Shown: positions 1 to 8,930 of the stretch, piece by piece
Layout of the letters: each line of letters starts with the position of its first letter
Numbering within the stretch: position 1 is the stretch's first letter
NCBI GenBank assembly: GCA_947626595.1
Contig: CANQST010000002.1
Span: forward strand, 9,885-73,884
DNA length: 64,000 nucleotides
From: an uncultured Bacilli bacterium
GTDB lineage: Bacteria > Bacillota_I > Bacilli_A > RF39 > UBA660
Direction: 5' to 3'
The notes under the pieces: generated by a model
The model's database searches: none
Seen by the model: only the letters and a program-made list of their open reading frames with translations
Told to the model about the DNA's origin: nothing
Program-made: the position numbers and the translations under genes

Positions 1-1224
1 AGAACTTGTTTTTATGCTGAATCTGGTGGTCAAGTTAGTGATACAGGTATGATTATTGGTAAAAACTTTAAGGCTCGAGTTGTTGATGTATTTAAAGGTC
101 CTAATGGACAACATATTCATAAAGTAAGACTTTTAGATGGAGTAATTAGAGAAAATGATGATTGTGAGTTAGTGGTTGATAAGGATCGACGTGTTAGGAT
201 AGAAGCTAATCACTCAACAGTCCATATTTTACAATATTCTCTTCAACAAGTTGTTTCTAATACTATTAAACAGGCTGGTAGTTATGTCGATAGTGAAAAG
301 TTGCGTTTTGATTTTACTTATTCTGGTAAAATGACAGAGGATTTAATTGTTGAAGTTGAGAAGTTTGCTAATGATATGATAAGTAAAAATTTAATTGTAT
401 CAACAGAAATTATGCCTCTTGATAAAGCAAAGGCTCTAGGGGCCATGGCACTATTTAGTGAGAAGTATGGCGAGAAGGTAAGAGTTGTTAAGATAGGAAA
501 GTCTATTGAATTATGTGGTGGAACGCACGCTAGTAATACAAAAGATATTAAGAGAATGGCTATTATTAATTGTGAGTCTAAAGGAAGTAACGTTTATAGA
601 ATAGAAGCTGTTACTAATGAAAAAATAGAAAAAGCTTTGTTTGATGCGATTAAACCTTATAATGACGAGATGGTTAAAAATCTTCTTAAGGCTAGAGAAA
701 TAATTGACAGTGCTAAAAGAGAAGGAATAAAGCTTACTTTTGATGTTGATATTAATAATGATAAACCTCTTTCTTATAAAGATATAATCTTTAATAGAAA
801 TGAAGCTTCTTATGTTGCTTCAGAATTAAAGGATTTAGAAAAGAAGTATTTTGAAGAAAGAGAAAAGAAAACTTTAGAGAATTTGGATTTTTATAGAGAA
901 AAGATAAAAGATTATAATGGTACTCTTGGCTTAATAGTAGAAGTTAAGAATAAAGATGTTAATTTATTAAAGAGTGTTGCGGATAATATGATTAATGAAA
1001 TGAAAGAGGGAGTTGTTTTCATAGCCAATACTAAAGATAATTCTGTTAACTTTATATGTCGTAGTAATACTTTTGCTAATGCTGGTTTACTTGTTAAGGA
1101 TGCATCTATTTCTTCTAATGGTAATGGAGGAGGAAGTCCTACTTTTGCACAAGGTGGAGGTAAGGATATTAGTATGCTTCCAGAAATATTTAAACATGTA
1201 GAGAAAGTTTTAAGAAATGAATAA
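1..1224 (+). CDS. alaS: alanine--tRNA ligase, C-terminal part (5' end lies outside the window)
   Basis: Frame 1 is open from base 1 and reads ...FYAESGGQVSDTGMI... (AlaRS core motif). It continues through the editing-domain HxxxH...CGGTH motif and the C-terminal DHHA1-like GGGSPTFAQGGG motif. Stop at 1224. Confidence 0.9.
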   Translation, partial: RTCFYAESGGQVSDTGMIIGKNFKARVVDVFKGPNGQHIHKVRLLDGVIRENDDCELVVDKDRRVRIEANHSTVHILQYSLQQVVSNTIKQAGSYVDSEKLRFDFTYSGKMTEDLIVEVEKFANDMISKNLIVSTEIMPLDKAKALGAMALFSEKYGEKVRVVKIGKSIELCGGTHASNTKDIKRMAIINCESKGSNVYRIEAVTNEKIEKALFDAIKPYNDEMVKNLLKAREIIDSAKREGIKLTFDVDINNDKPLSYKDIIFNRNEASYVASELKDLEKKYFEEREKKTLENLDFYREKIKDYNGTLGLIVEVKNKDVNLLKSVADNMINEMKEGVVFIANTKDNSVNFICRSNTFANAGLLVKDASISSNGNGGGSPTFAQGGGKDISMLPEIFKHVEKVLRNE

Positions 1225-2140
1225 TTATTTATTAGAGTTAGCTGATAGTAAAGCTTTAGAAGAAAATATAAATAGATTAATAAAAGAAAATAATTTTGCT
1301 AGTGCAACTGTTAGTACTTATGATTTAGAAGAGACATTATTAGATAAGGCTATAGAAGATTTAAATACTTATAGTTTTCTTAGTTCCAAGAAAGTAATTA
1401 TTATTAAAAAAATAGAAGTAATTAAAGATGAAAAAGAAATAGATAAATTACTAAAGTATTTAGATAATCCAAGTAGTGATAATTTAGTTATTGTTACTAG
1501 TGGTAAGCTTAATAATACTTTAAAGGTTACAAAGGAACTTAAGAAGAGATTAACTTGTATAGATGGAAAAATTGATGTAGATAAGTTTATTAAAGATACT
1601 TTTAAAGATTATACTTTAGAACCTGGAGTAGTTAGAATGCTTGAAGATTATTGTAAGGATGACTTTACGAAGTTAAGTAATGAGTGTAGTAAGTTAAAAG
1701 ACTATGCTTATGATACAAGGAAGATTACTAAGATGGATGTAGAGGATTTAGTGGTAGAAAAGTTGGGTGATTCTAGGGATTTAACTTTTTCTTTTGTTAG
1801 AAGTTTAGCTGAAAAAAATAAGAAAGAGGCTTTAAGAAAATATAAAGAGTTACTTGATTATAATATTGAACCTATTATGATTATTGGGTTGGTGGCAAGT
1901 CAAATTAGAATTATGTATCAAGTTAAGGTTTTAGAAGATAGAAAACTTTCTACTAGAGAAATTGCTGATACTTTAAAGGAGAAGGAATTTAGAATAACTA
2001 AGACAAAAGAGTTAACTAGGTTTTATAGTAAGGATGAGTTGTTAAGATTAATGATAGAACTTGAAGGAATTGATTTAAGGGCTAAAAGCCAAGATGTGGA
2101 TGCTAATTTTTTGATAGATATGTTTATTATAAATATGTAG
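1217..2140 (+). CDS. holA: DNA polymerase III delta subunit-like protein
   Basis: 307 aa. The start overlaps the alaS stop (translational coupling). N-terminal region has the usual HolA length and pattern (LVIVTSGKL..., helical C-terminal domain). Assignment is from recollected family features only. Confidence 0.5.
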   Translation: MNNYLLELADSKALEENINRLIKENNFASATVSTYDLEETLLDKAIEDLNTYSFLSSKKVIIIKKIEVIKDEKEIDKLLKYLDNPSSDNLVIVTSGKLNNTLKVTKELKKRLTCIDGKIDVDKFIKDTFKDYTLEPGVVRMLEDYCKDDFTKLSNECSKLKDYAYDTRKITKMDVEDLVVEKLGDSRDLTFSFVRSLAEKNKKEALRKYKELLDYNIEPIMIIGLVASQIRIMYQVKVLEDRKLSTREIADTLKEKEFRITKTKELTRFYSKDELLRLMIELEGIDLRAKSQDVDANFLIDMFIINM

Positions 2141-2293
2141 TTAATGTAAAGAGACTTCTAAGAAGATGGTTGAGTGAAAAGCAAATGTCTGTTTAAATTC
2201 TAAAGTAGTCAAATGAAATAGAAGATAAAAATATATTATGTTTTATTTCAACTAGTTCTAAGGCTGATAAATATAATTTTTTTGTAAATACAC

Positions 2294-2325
2294 GCAACTT
2301 TTAAGTACTTAGAAGTTGCTTTTTC
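2294..2325 (+). terminator. intrinsic terminator after holA
   Basis: GCAACTT-N12-AAGTTGC hairpin followed by TTTTT. Confidence 0.6.
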
Positions 2326-2367
2326 AAAATTACTATACTATAATTTAAATATAAGGTAGGTTTTTTT

Positions 2368-3156
2368 ATGAAAAGTATTAATTATTTAAAGGAAAATAAG
2401 GTTAATATTGATAAGAGCTTGGAAATTTTTGGGGATATTGAAACTTATAATGATACAATAGGAGAATTTTTACTTAGTATTGAAGAAAAGTTGGCTAAGT
2501 TAAGGAATTATTTAAATTTAAAGGATATGGCTAATTACGCTATATATGTACATTCACTAAAAAGTGATGCGAGAAACTTTGGGTTTGAGGAATTAGAAAG
2601 TATAGCTTTTGATCAAGAACAAAAAAGTAAAATAAATGATTATTACTATATAATTGAAAACTTTGATAAACTATCTGATATGGTAGAAAAAGCTAAAGGT
2701 ATTGTTAGGACTTATATGAATGAAAATGATACTGTAGAAGATAGCAAAACTGATACTTTGGAGTATAGTAAGAAAACAATATTAGTAGTTGATGACTCTA
2801 ATATTATAAGAAATTTTGTTAAGAGAATTTTTAGTGATACTTATGATGTGGGATGTGCATCTGATGGGAAAGAAGCTATTGATATAATTGATAGGAATAA
2901 GAATAATGGAAAGATTGTCGCAATACTACTTGATTTAAATATGCCTAAAGTAGATGGTTTTAAGGTATTAGATTATATGAAAGAAAATGATTTATTAGAA
3001 AAAATTCCAGTATCTATTATTACAGGAGATAGTTCAAAGGAAACAATAGATAGAGCTTTTACTTATGATATAGTTGATATGTTAGGAAAGCCTTTTAATA
3101 ATAATGATGTTAAAAGAGTAGTAGAAAAAACGATTATGTATCAAGAGATAATTTAA
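2368..3156 (+). CDS. Hpt (histidine phosphotransfer) domain - response-regulator receiver fusion protein
   Basis: N-terminal HSLKSDARNFGFEELESIA matches the Hpt phosphorylatable-His motif HxLKGSxxxxG. C-terminal ILVVDDS...ILLDLNMPKVDGF...IITGD is a CheY-like receiver with the conserved DD, D and K positions. RBS AAGGTAGG lies upstream. Confidence 0.6.
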   Translation: MKSINYLKENKVNIDKSLEIFGDIETYNDTIGEFLLSIEEKLAKLRNYLNLKDMANYAIYVHSLKSDARNFGFEELESIAFDQEQKSKINDYYYIIENFDKLSDMVEKAKGIVRTYMNENDTVEDSKTDTLEYSKKTILVVDDSNIIRNFVKRIFSDTYDVGCASDGKEAIDIIDRNKNNGKIVAILLDLNMPKVDGFKVLDYMKENDLLEKIPVSIITGDSSKETIDRAFTYDIVDMLGKPFNNNDVKRVVEKTIMYQEII

Positions 3157-3194
3157 AATACCAATAGCTATAATACTATTGGTATTTTTTTTCC
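3157..3194. terminator. bidirectional terminator between convergent genes
   Basis: ATACCAATAG-ctataat-ACTATTGGTAT hairpin followed by a T8 run. Confidence 0.6.
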
Positions 3195-3488
3195 TATTGT
3201 TAAGTATTTAGAAGTTCCTAGAGGTAGGAAGTAAATATTTTTAGTTTTAAATTTAAAGATATATTTTTCAGATTTAACGTTTTCCATGATAGAGATGATT
3301 ATGTTATCTTTATCAGTTAAAACGATATCTATATTTTGACATAGGAAGTTAGTACTAATCCATCTTTTATTAGGAAAGTATAGACCATAATCAATTGGCT
3401 CTAAAATAAATTTAAGTCCTTTAAAGCGTTCAGTAAATTTAGTTAGTTTATAAATTTCTATTTTTTTATTTTTAATTTTCAAATACAT
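3168..3488 (-). CDS. hypothetical protein, possibly DUF192-like
   Basis: 106-aa ORF. The NIDIVLTDKDNIII segment resembles the DUF192 'LDIiFiDkdGkVv' core. Weak assignment. Confidence 0.4.
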   Translation of the reverse strand: MYLKIKNKKIEIYKLTKFTERFKGLKFILEPIDYGLYFPNKRWISTNFLCQNIDIVLTDKDNIIISIMENVKSEKYIFKFKTKNIYFLPLGTSKYLTIGKKIPIVL

Positions 3489-3591
3489 ATAATCACCAAA
3501 TATATTTTAATTTTAACATATTTAAAAGAAAAAAGAAACTTTATAATATTGAAAAAGTATGGTATTATATAGAGAAAGAGGAGGAATATTT

Positions 3592-4314
3592 ATGAGTGGA
3601 CATTCTAAATGGGCAACGATACATCGTAAGAAAGGTTTATTAGATGCCGCAAGGGGTAAAGTTTTTCAAAAGCTTGCGAAGGAAATAATGGTTGCGGCTA
3701 GAGGAGGTAGTCCTGACCCTAGTCAAAATGCAGCACTTAGATTAGTAATTGATAAAGCTAAGGCACAGAATATGCCAAAAGATAATATTCAAAAAGCTAT
3801 TGATAAGGCAACTGGTACAACAGAAGGGGCTAATTATGAGAATGTAAGATATGAGGGCTATGGTCATGGTGGAGTTGCTTTTATGGTTGACTGTTTAACT
3901 GATAATAGAAATAGAACAGCTTCACAAGTAAGAAGTGCTTTTACAAAAGCAGGTGGTAATCTAGGAACTGATGGGTCAGTAAGTTATATGTTTACTAGAA
4001 AAGGTTCTATTGTAATACCAGCTGATTATGACGAAGATACTATTATGATGTGTGTCTTGGATGCGGGAGCCGAAGATTTTGAGAAAGTAGAAAATACTTA
4101 TATAATTACAACACCCCAAGAGGCTTTTGTAGATGTAAAAGATGCTTTAGAAAAGGAAAATGTAAAAGAGTTTTTAGAGTGTGAGTTAACATATGTACCT
4201 ACAATGGAAGTAAGTCTTGACGAAGAAGGTTGTGAAAAAGTTCAGAAATTGGTTGACACTTTGGAAGACTTAGATGATGTTCAAGATGTTTATTATAATT
4301 TAAAAGAAGATTAA
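3592..4314 (+). CDS. yebC: YebC/PmpR family DNA-binding transcriptional regulator
   Basis: MSGHSKWATIHRKKG... is the canonical YebC N-terminus, and the protein is about 240 aa. RBS AGAGGAGGA precedes the ATG at 3592. The track ORF starts 33 nt earlier. Confidence 0.85.
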   Translation: MSGHSKWATIHRKKGLLDAARGKVFQKLAKEIMVAARGGSPDPSQNAALRLVIDKAKAQNMPKDNIQKAIDKATGTTEGANYENVRYEGYGHGGVAFMVDCLTDNRNRTASQVRSAFTKAGGNLGTDGSVSYMFTRKGSIVIPADYDEDTIMMCVLDAGAEDFEKVENTYIITTPQEAFVDVKDALEKENVKEFLECELTYVPTMEVSLDEEGCEKVQKLVDTLEDLDDVQDVYYNLKED

Positions 4315-4336
4315 GGAAAACTAATCTTCTTTTTTG
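4303..4336 (+). terminator. intrinsic terminator after yebC
   Basis: AAGAAGATTA-N8-TAATCTTCTT hairpin followed by TTTTT. Confidence 0.6.
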
Positions 4337-4361
4337 CATAATGAGATTAAATATAGATAGA

Positions 4362-4595
4362 TTAAATTTTTCTTTCTATATTTTTTGTGTTGATTTCTTC
4401 ATTAGTGTTATCATTTTTAAAAATTATTTTAAAGTCGTAAGCATTTGCCAATTTTTCTATTATTTCAAAAGTAGGCTGTATTTTTCCTGTTTCGTATTGT
4501 GATATTGTGTTTTGTGGGATATTAGTTATCTTTGATACATCGCTTTGTTTTAACTGTTTACTTTCTCTCATTACTTTTAATATTTGTCCAATCAT
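4362..4595 (-). CDS. XRE-family helix-turn-helix transcriptional regulator
   Basis: 77 aa. LKQSDVSKITNIPQNTISQYETGKIQP is a Cro/C1-type HTH signature. It is divergent from the surface-protein paralog at 4717. Confidence 0.7.
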   Translation of the reverse strand: MIGQILKVMRESKQLKQSDVSKITNIPQNTISQYETGKIQPTFEIIEKLANAYDFKIIFKNDNTNEEINTKNIERKI

Positions 4596-4639
4596 TTTAC
4601 ATCACCGAAAAAATTATCTCATTTTTAGATTGAAAATAC

Positions 4640-4696
4640 TTGATATATCTGTAATGCAGATATATAATAGAATTGAAATATCTGTAATAAAGATAT
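4640..4696 (+). promoter_or_regulatory. sigma-A-type promoter with two palindromic operator sites upstream of the paralog at 4717
   Basis: TTGATA (4640-45), a 17-bp spacer, TATAAT (4663-68). Palindrome ATATCTG-taatg-CAGATAT (4645-4663) occupies the spacer. A second copy ATATCT-gtaataa-AGATAT is at 4678-4696. Confidence 0.55.
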
Positions 4697-4716
4697 AAAA
4701 ATGATAGGTGATTGAA

Positions 4717-6723
4717 ATGATTAATAAGTTTAACAAGTGTATTCCAATTATAATTGTTTTTATAATTACTATTATGACTATAGGTTATTCTGTTTTAAAT
4801 AAGGAATTAAATATAAGTGGTGAAGTTAATTATAGACCACAAGGTGATATGAGAATTACTAATGTCAAGCAAGAAGATATTAATAATGCAACTATAGAGT
4901 ATTTTGATTTTTCTAGGAAAGAAATTAAATTAGCTTATAGTAGTAGTGGGAGTGCTTTTCTAAAGTTTACAGTAGAAGTAACTAATTATAGTAATACTGA
5001 AATGGGTATTTTAAACATTGATGGATTAGATGGAGGTATAGTAGAAGGTTATACTTTAGGAACGAAACTAGTAGGAGAAGATAATAATAGTAAAGCTGGT
5101 ATGACGAAAGAGTTTACCATTACTTATAATTCAAGTGAAGTTGAAACAAAAAGTTTATTATTAAAGTTTGACTTTGAAGAAGTTTTTACTATTACATATA
5201 AAAATATAGTAGGTAATTATCAAAAAGAAATATTAAATAGTGATAATTTAAATATAACACTATTAAATCCGCCTAAAGATTTAGTAATAACTATGAATGG
5301 TGTTAATATTGATACTTATATTTATGATTATGTAACTGGCAAATTATCAATAAATAATGTAACTGGTAATTTAGTTATAGAACCATCTATACCAAATGAA
5401 CCAGTATTAAGTGATGGAATGATACCAGTATATTATGACGAAAATAATAAAGTATGGAAGAAAGCAGATGCGAAAAATGAAAATAATAACTGGTATAACT
5501 ATGATAATCAAATGTGGGCTAATGCTGTTACAGTAACTGCTACTAATAGATCAACTTATGTAAATGGCAATGTAGGAATTACAATACCAATGGAAGATAT
5601 AAATACAATGTGGGTATGGATACCAAGATATAGTTATACTATTAAAAGTGAAGATGGTAAAGATTATTTTGGAAAAAAAGAAACGGGTAGAATTGATATG
5701 CCAACTAAACAATTGCCAGGAGAAATAGATGTTAAATTTATTAGAGTAAATGATAAAGATACGGGAAATGCTCAGTATACAGGAGATATAGTAAATGAGT
5801 ATTTTACACCACCAGGCTTTACATTTGGGACAAAAGAGTTAAGTGGAGTATGGTTTGGTAAATTTGAAGCAGGGAGTATTAATGGGACAATTCCTGGAGA
5901 TGTAGAAACTGATAACTTGTTGGCAATTAGACCAGATATAAAATGTTGGAGAGGTATAAGAGTATCAACACTTGAATTAATCTCAACTGGAATTACTAAG
6001 CCATCGAATATTTATGGCTTTGGTAATAATATTTTTGATGCACATGCCACTAAAGATAGTGAATATGCTTTAGCAAGCTATATTACTCAAAGTAAATATG
6101 GAAAGTATGGTAATTCCCTATATACTGGAGAAAATAAAGAAGTTTATATCAATAGTTATAATGGCTATGTAACTGGTTGCTCAAGTGGTACTCCATTTGC
6201 CCCAACGAGTACTACCTGTAATTATAAGTATAATGATTTAACAAATAAGGGTCCTGGTACAGGATATGCTGGAGCAGGTGCTTCTACAACTGGTAATGTG
6301 TATGGTATATATGATATTAATGGAGGAGCATTTGAATATGCAATGGGAGTTCTTACTTTAAATGGTATAAGATATTCTGGTAATAGTTTGAGTTATAATT
6401 CGGGCTATACAGGGCAGACAATGTTAGATAATAGTATTTTTAACGGTAGAAATTGGCTTGATGACAAGTACTATGATTTTTATATTTCAAGTGACCCTAT
6501 GACTGCCTGTGGTGGAAAACCTTGCAAAGGCTATTCTATGGGAGAAACTGCAGCTTGGTATGATGACCACACTGGATTACCAAGAGACACTTATAGTACT
6601 TGGAGTTTAAGGTCATGTTATTTTGCTAGAGAGAAAAATGGTGGTATTTTTTCCTATGACGAAAATGGTGGTGCAGCTGGAGAATATCTTACAACTTTTA
6701 GAGTTATTTTAACCCCACAATAA
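4717..6723 (+). CDS. secreted/surface paralog-family protein: signal peptide, beta-rich N-domain, C-terminal FGE-sulfatase / C-type-lectin-fold-like domain (N-type III, C-type A)
   Basis: N-terminal K-rich region, then a hydrophobic stretch, then GYSVL. TMWVWIPRYSYTIK resembles the FGE 'MVxIPxGxFxMG' start. The C-terminus ends ...FRVILTPQ, matching the FGE-like terminal GFR motif. Shares the conserved HAxKxxEYALASYITQSKYGKYGN and GAGASTTGNVYGIYD blocks with the six other paralogs. RBS AGGTGA precedes ATG 4717. Confidence 0.8.
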   Translation: MINKFNKCIPIIIVFIITIMTIGYSVLNKELNISGEVNYRPQGDMRITNVKQEDINNATIEYFDFSRKEIKLAYSSSGSAFLKFTVEVTNYSNTEMGILNIDGLDGGIVEGYTLGTKLVGEDNNSKAGMTKEFTITYNSSEVETKSLLLKFDFEEVFTITYKNIVGNYQKEILNSDNLNITLLNPPKDLVITMNGVNIDTYIYDYVTGKLSINNVTGNLVIEPSIPNEPVLSDGMIPVYYDENNKVWKKADAKNENNNWYNYDNQMWANAVTVTATNRSTYVNGNVGITIPMEDINTMWVWIPRYSYTIKSEDGKDYFGKKETGRIDMPTKQLPGEIDVKFIRVNDKDTGNAQYTGDIVNEYFTPPGFTFGTKELSGVWFGKFEAGSINGTIPGDVETDNLLAIRPDIKCWRGIRVSTLELISTGITKPSNIYGFGNNIFDAHATKDSEYALASYITQSKYGKYGNSLYTGENKEVYINSYNGYVTGCSSGTPFAPTSTTCNYKYNDLTNKGPGTGYAGAGASTTGNVYGIYDINGGAFEYAMGVLTLNGIRYSGNSLSYNSGYTGQTMLDNSIFNGRNWLDDKYYDFYISSDPMTACGGKPCKGYSMGETAAWYDDHTGLPRDTYSTWSLRSCYFAREKNGGIFSYDENGGAAGEYLTTFRVILTPQ

Positions 6724-6895
6724 AAAATAAATGAAAACTCTAATTTTTCGCAAATAATAAATATGAGGAACTAATTTTATGTAAAATTGATGTAAATGGT
6801 TGAGAAGATATTTATTATAATTTGCATAAATTGTTAAGAATATGTTATTATTAGTAAGTAGTGAGACATAAAATATTTACGTGAGGAAGATTTTT

Positions 6896-7393
6896 ATGAA
6901 ATATGATAATGAAGAGTTTTTTGATATTATAAAGCCTATCATTGGAAATAGCGAATTTCAAAAATTAAAGAATATAAAACATCATGGTATAACAAGATAT
7001 GATCATTGTTTGAGAGTTGCTTATTTTTCTTATAAGGTTACTAAGGCTTTAAAGTTAGATTATATAGAAGTAACTGAGGCTGCTTTATTACATGACTTTT
7101 TCTTTGATGAAGCAGATAGTGAAGATAGTTTAAAGATTTTAAAGAACCATCCAAATATTGCGGTAGAAAATGCTAAGAAGTATTTCTTCTTAACTGATAA
7201 GCAACAAGATATAATAGAAAAGCATATGTTTCCAATTGGCTTAAAACCACCACTTTATTTGGAAAGTTGGGTTGTTGATATAGTAGACGATGTTGCGGCT
7301 ATTTATGAGAAGACTAAATCAACAAAAAAAGAAATACAGGCTGCGATTACATTTTTAATGCTTATTGTTATTAATTTTATCAAGTATCGTTAA
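6896..7393 (+). CDS. HD-domain phosphohydrolase-like protein
   Basis: HHGITRYDHCLRVA....LLHDFF is an H...HD...D metal-binding pattern. RBS GAGGAAG precedes ATG 6896. Confidence 0.55.
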   Translation: MKYDNEEFFDIIKPIIGNSEFQKLKNIKHHGITRYDHCLRVAYFSYKVTKALKLDYIEVTEAALLHDFFFDEADSEDSLKILKNHPNIAVENAKKYFFLTDKQQDIIEKHMFPIGLKPPLYLESWVVDIVDDVAAIYEKTKSTKKEIQAAITFLMLIVINFIKYR

Positions 7394-7401
7394 AAACAAA
7401 A

Positions 7402-7431
7402 AATGTTGTAATATTTCATTACAACATTTTT
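7402..7431. terminator. bidirectional terminator
   Basis: ATGTTGTAAT-atttc-ATTACAACAT hairpin followed by TTTT. Confidence 0.55.
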
Positions 7432-8701
7432 ATACTTTTAGAGAACCTATTGGTACAACGTATATTCCATCTTCTCTTTGATATGCATATTCGCCTTTTG
7501 CTGTTAGTATCATTAGAAAAGTTGGATTATTCATTTTTTTAGTATCTATTTTGTCTTTTAATTTTAATAAGTTTTCAGCAGCTTCATTTATTAATTTATC
7601 GCCACCTAGTTTAATTTCAATTAAACCATATTTTCCATCTCTTAAGTGAATAACGGCATCACATTCTAAATCCAAAGCATCTTTGTAGTGATAGACATTA
7701 CCATTTATGGCTTCAGCATAAACTCTTAAATCTCTTATACATAGTGTTTCAAAGATTAGACCAAAAGTGTTTAAATCATTTATTAAATCGTTAGGTCCAA
7801 TTCCTAGTGTTGCCGTTGCGATGGATGGATCAACGAAGTATCTTGTTTCTGATGTTCTTATTGCGGTTTTACTTCTTAGGTTAGGGTTCCAAGCTGGGGC
7901 ATCTTCAATGACAAATAATTTTTTAAGGGCATTTATGTAGGACAATACTGTATCAGCATCTAAAGAAAATAAGTCGTTATTTATCATATCTTTTCTTATT
8001 GTTTCAGTAGAGGCTTGAGTTCCGGTATTTCTGGCATAACTTTTCATTAAATTTTTAACTCGTTCAGGGTTTCTTGTTGTATTATCTACATTTGATGCAT
8101 CTGATTTTATAATACCATAACAATAATCGAATGGTTCTTCTAAAGCAATATCTTTTTCTAGAAAAATACTTCTTGGCCAACCACCTCTACAACAAAGATA
8201 TGCAATATCTTCTAGTGATAGGTTGCTGGTACCTTTTATTTTTGCTTTGTTTTCAAATAAATCAGTAAGACTTACTGTACCAGTTGACTCACCAGACTCA
8301 TATAAACTCATTGGTCTCATAGTTAACCAAGCAAAACGGCCAGTTCCGGTATGTGTCACTTCGTCCATATTGCCTGGAACTGAAGAACCTGTTAATATGA
8401 ATTGCCCTTCTTTTCCACGGTGGTCTACTTCAAATCTTACGGCATCCCATAATTTGGTTGCGATTTGCCACTCGTCAATAAGTCTTGGTGTTTCTCCCTC
8501 TAATAAAATAGAAGGATTTAAATCAGCTAGTATCAGGTTTTGCTCTTTATCTTCAGGCTTACTCATATAAAGAATACTTTTAGAAATTTGTTCAGCTGTT
8601 GTTGTTTTGCCACACCATTTTGGTCCTTGGATTAAAACAGCTCCTTTTCCTTTTAATTTTTTTTCTAATAAACTATCGATAATTCTCTTTCTATATTCCA
8701 T
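7430..8701 (-). CDS. AAA+ ATPase, DUF4143-type (ATP-binding protein)
   Basis: Walker A GPKWCGKTT. PMSLYESGESTG and FVDPSIA are motifs shared with the paralog at 37200. RBS AAGGAGG precedes ATG (complement of 8699-8701). The track ORF begins 51 nt further upstream. Confidence 0.7.
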   Translation of the reverse strand: MEYRKRIIDSLLEKKLKGKGAVLIQGPKWCGKTTTAEQISKSILYMSKPEDKEQNLILADLNPSILLEGETPRLIDEWQIATKLWDAVRFEVDHRGKEGQFILTGSSVPGNMDEVTHTGTGRFAWLTMRPMSLYESGESTGTVSLTDLFENKAKIKGTSNLSLEDIAYLCCRGGWPRSIFLEKDIALEEPFDYCYGIIKSDASNVDNTTRNPERVKNLMKSYARNTGTQASTETIRKDMINNDLFSLDADTVLSYINALKKLFVIEDAPAWNPNLRSKTAIRTSETRYFVDPSIATATLGIGPNDLINDLNTFGLIFETLCIRDLRVYAEAINGNVYHYKDALDLECDAVIHLRDGKYGLIEIKLGGDKLINEAAENLLKLKDKIDTKKMNNPTFLMILTAKGEYAYQREDGIYVVPIGSLKV

Positions 8702-8758
8702 ATAAATGCCTCCTTTTGTTAGAATTATACCATTAATATACATATAAATCAATATATT

Positions 8759-8850
8759 TTCGGTTATTTGTGGAAAAATCGTTCGGTTATTTGTAGAAAT
8801 TTCATTCGGTGATTTGTAGAAAAATTATTCGGTTATTTGTAAATTTTCTA
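8759..8850. repeat. four direct repeats with exact 23-bp phasing (TTCGGTTATTTGTAGAAA core) in the divergent intergenic region
   Basis: Copies start at 8759, 8782, 8805 and 8828. Confidence 0.8.
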
Positions 8851-8930
8851 TACTTGTAATCTTGTAGATAATTAAGTCTTTTTTTCATTTGAAATTTATG
8901 TTATACTTTTATAAGAAAGAAGGATTAAAT

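Noticed and set aside
8223-8570. 115-aa ORF antisense within the AAA ATPase gene. The equivalent ORFs 37532-37756 and 37458-37643 lie in the paralog.
   Set aside because: The shared 'VDSPDSYKLIG' is simply the reverse-complement reading of the conserved PMSLYESGESTG codons of the sense gene, so conservation is explained by the ATPase genes.
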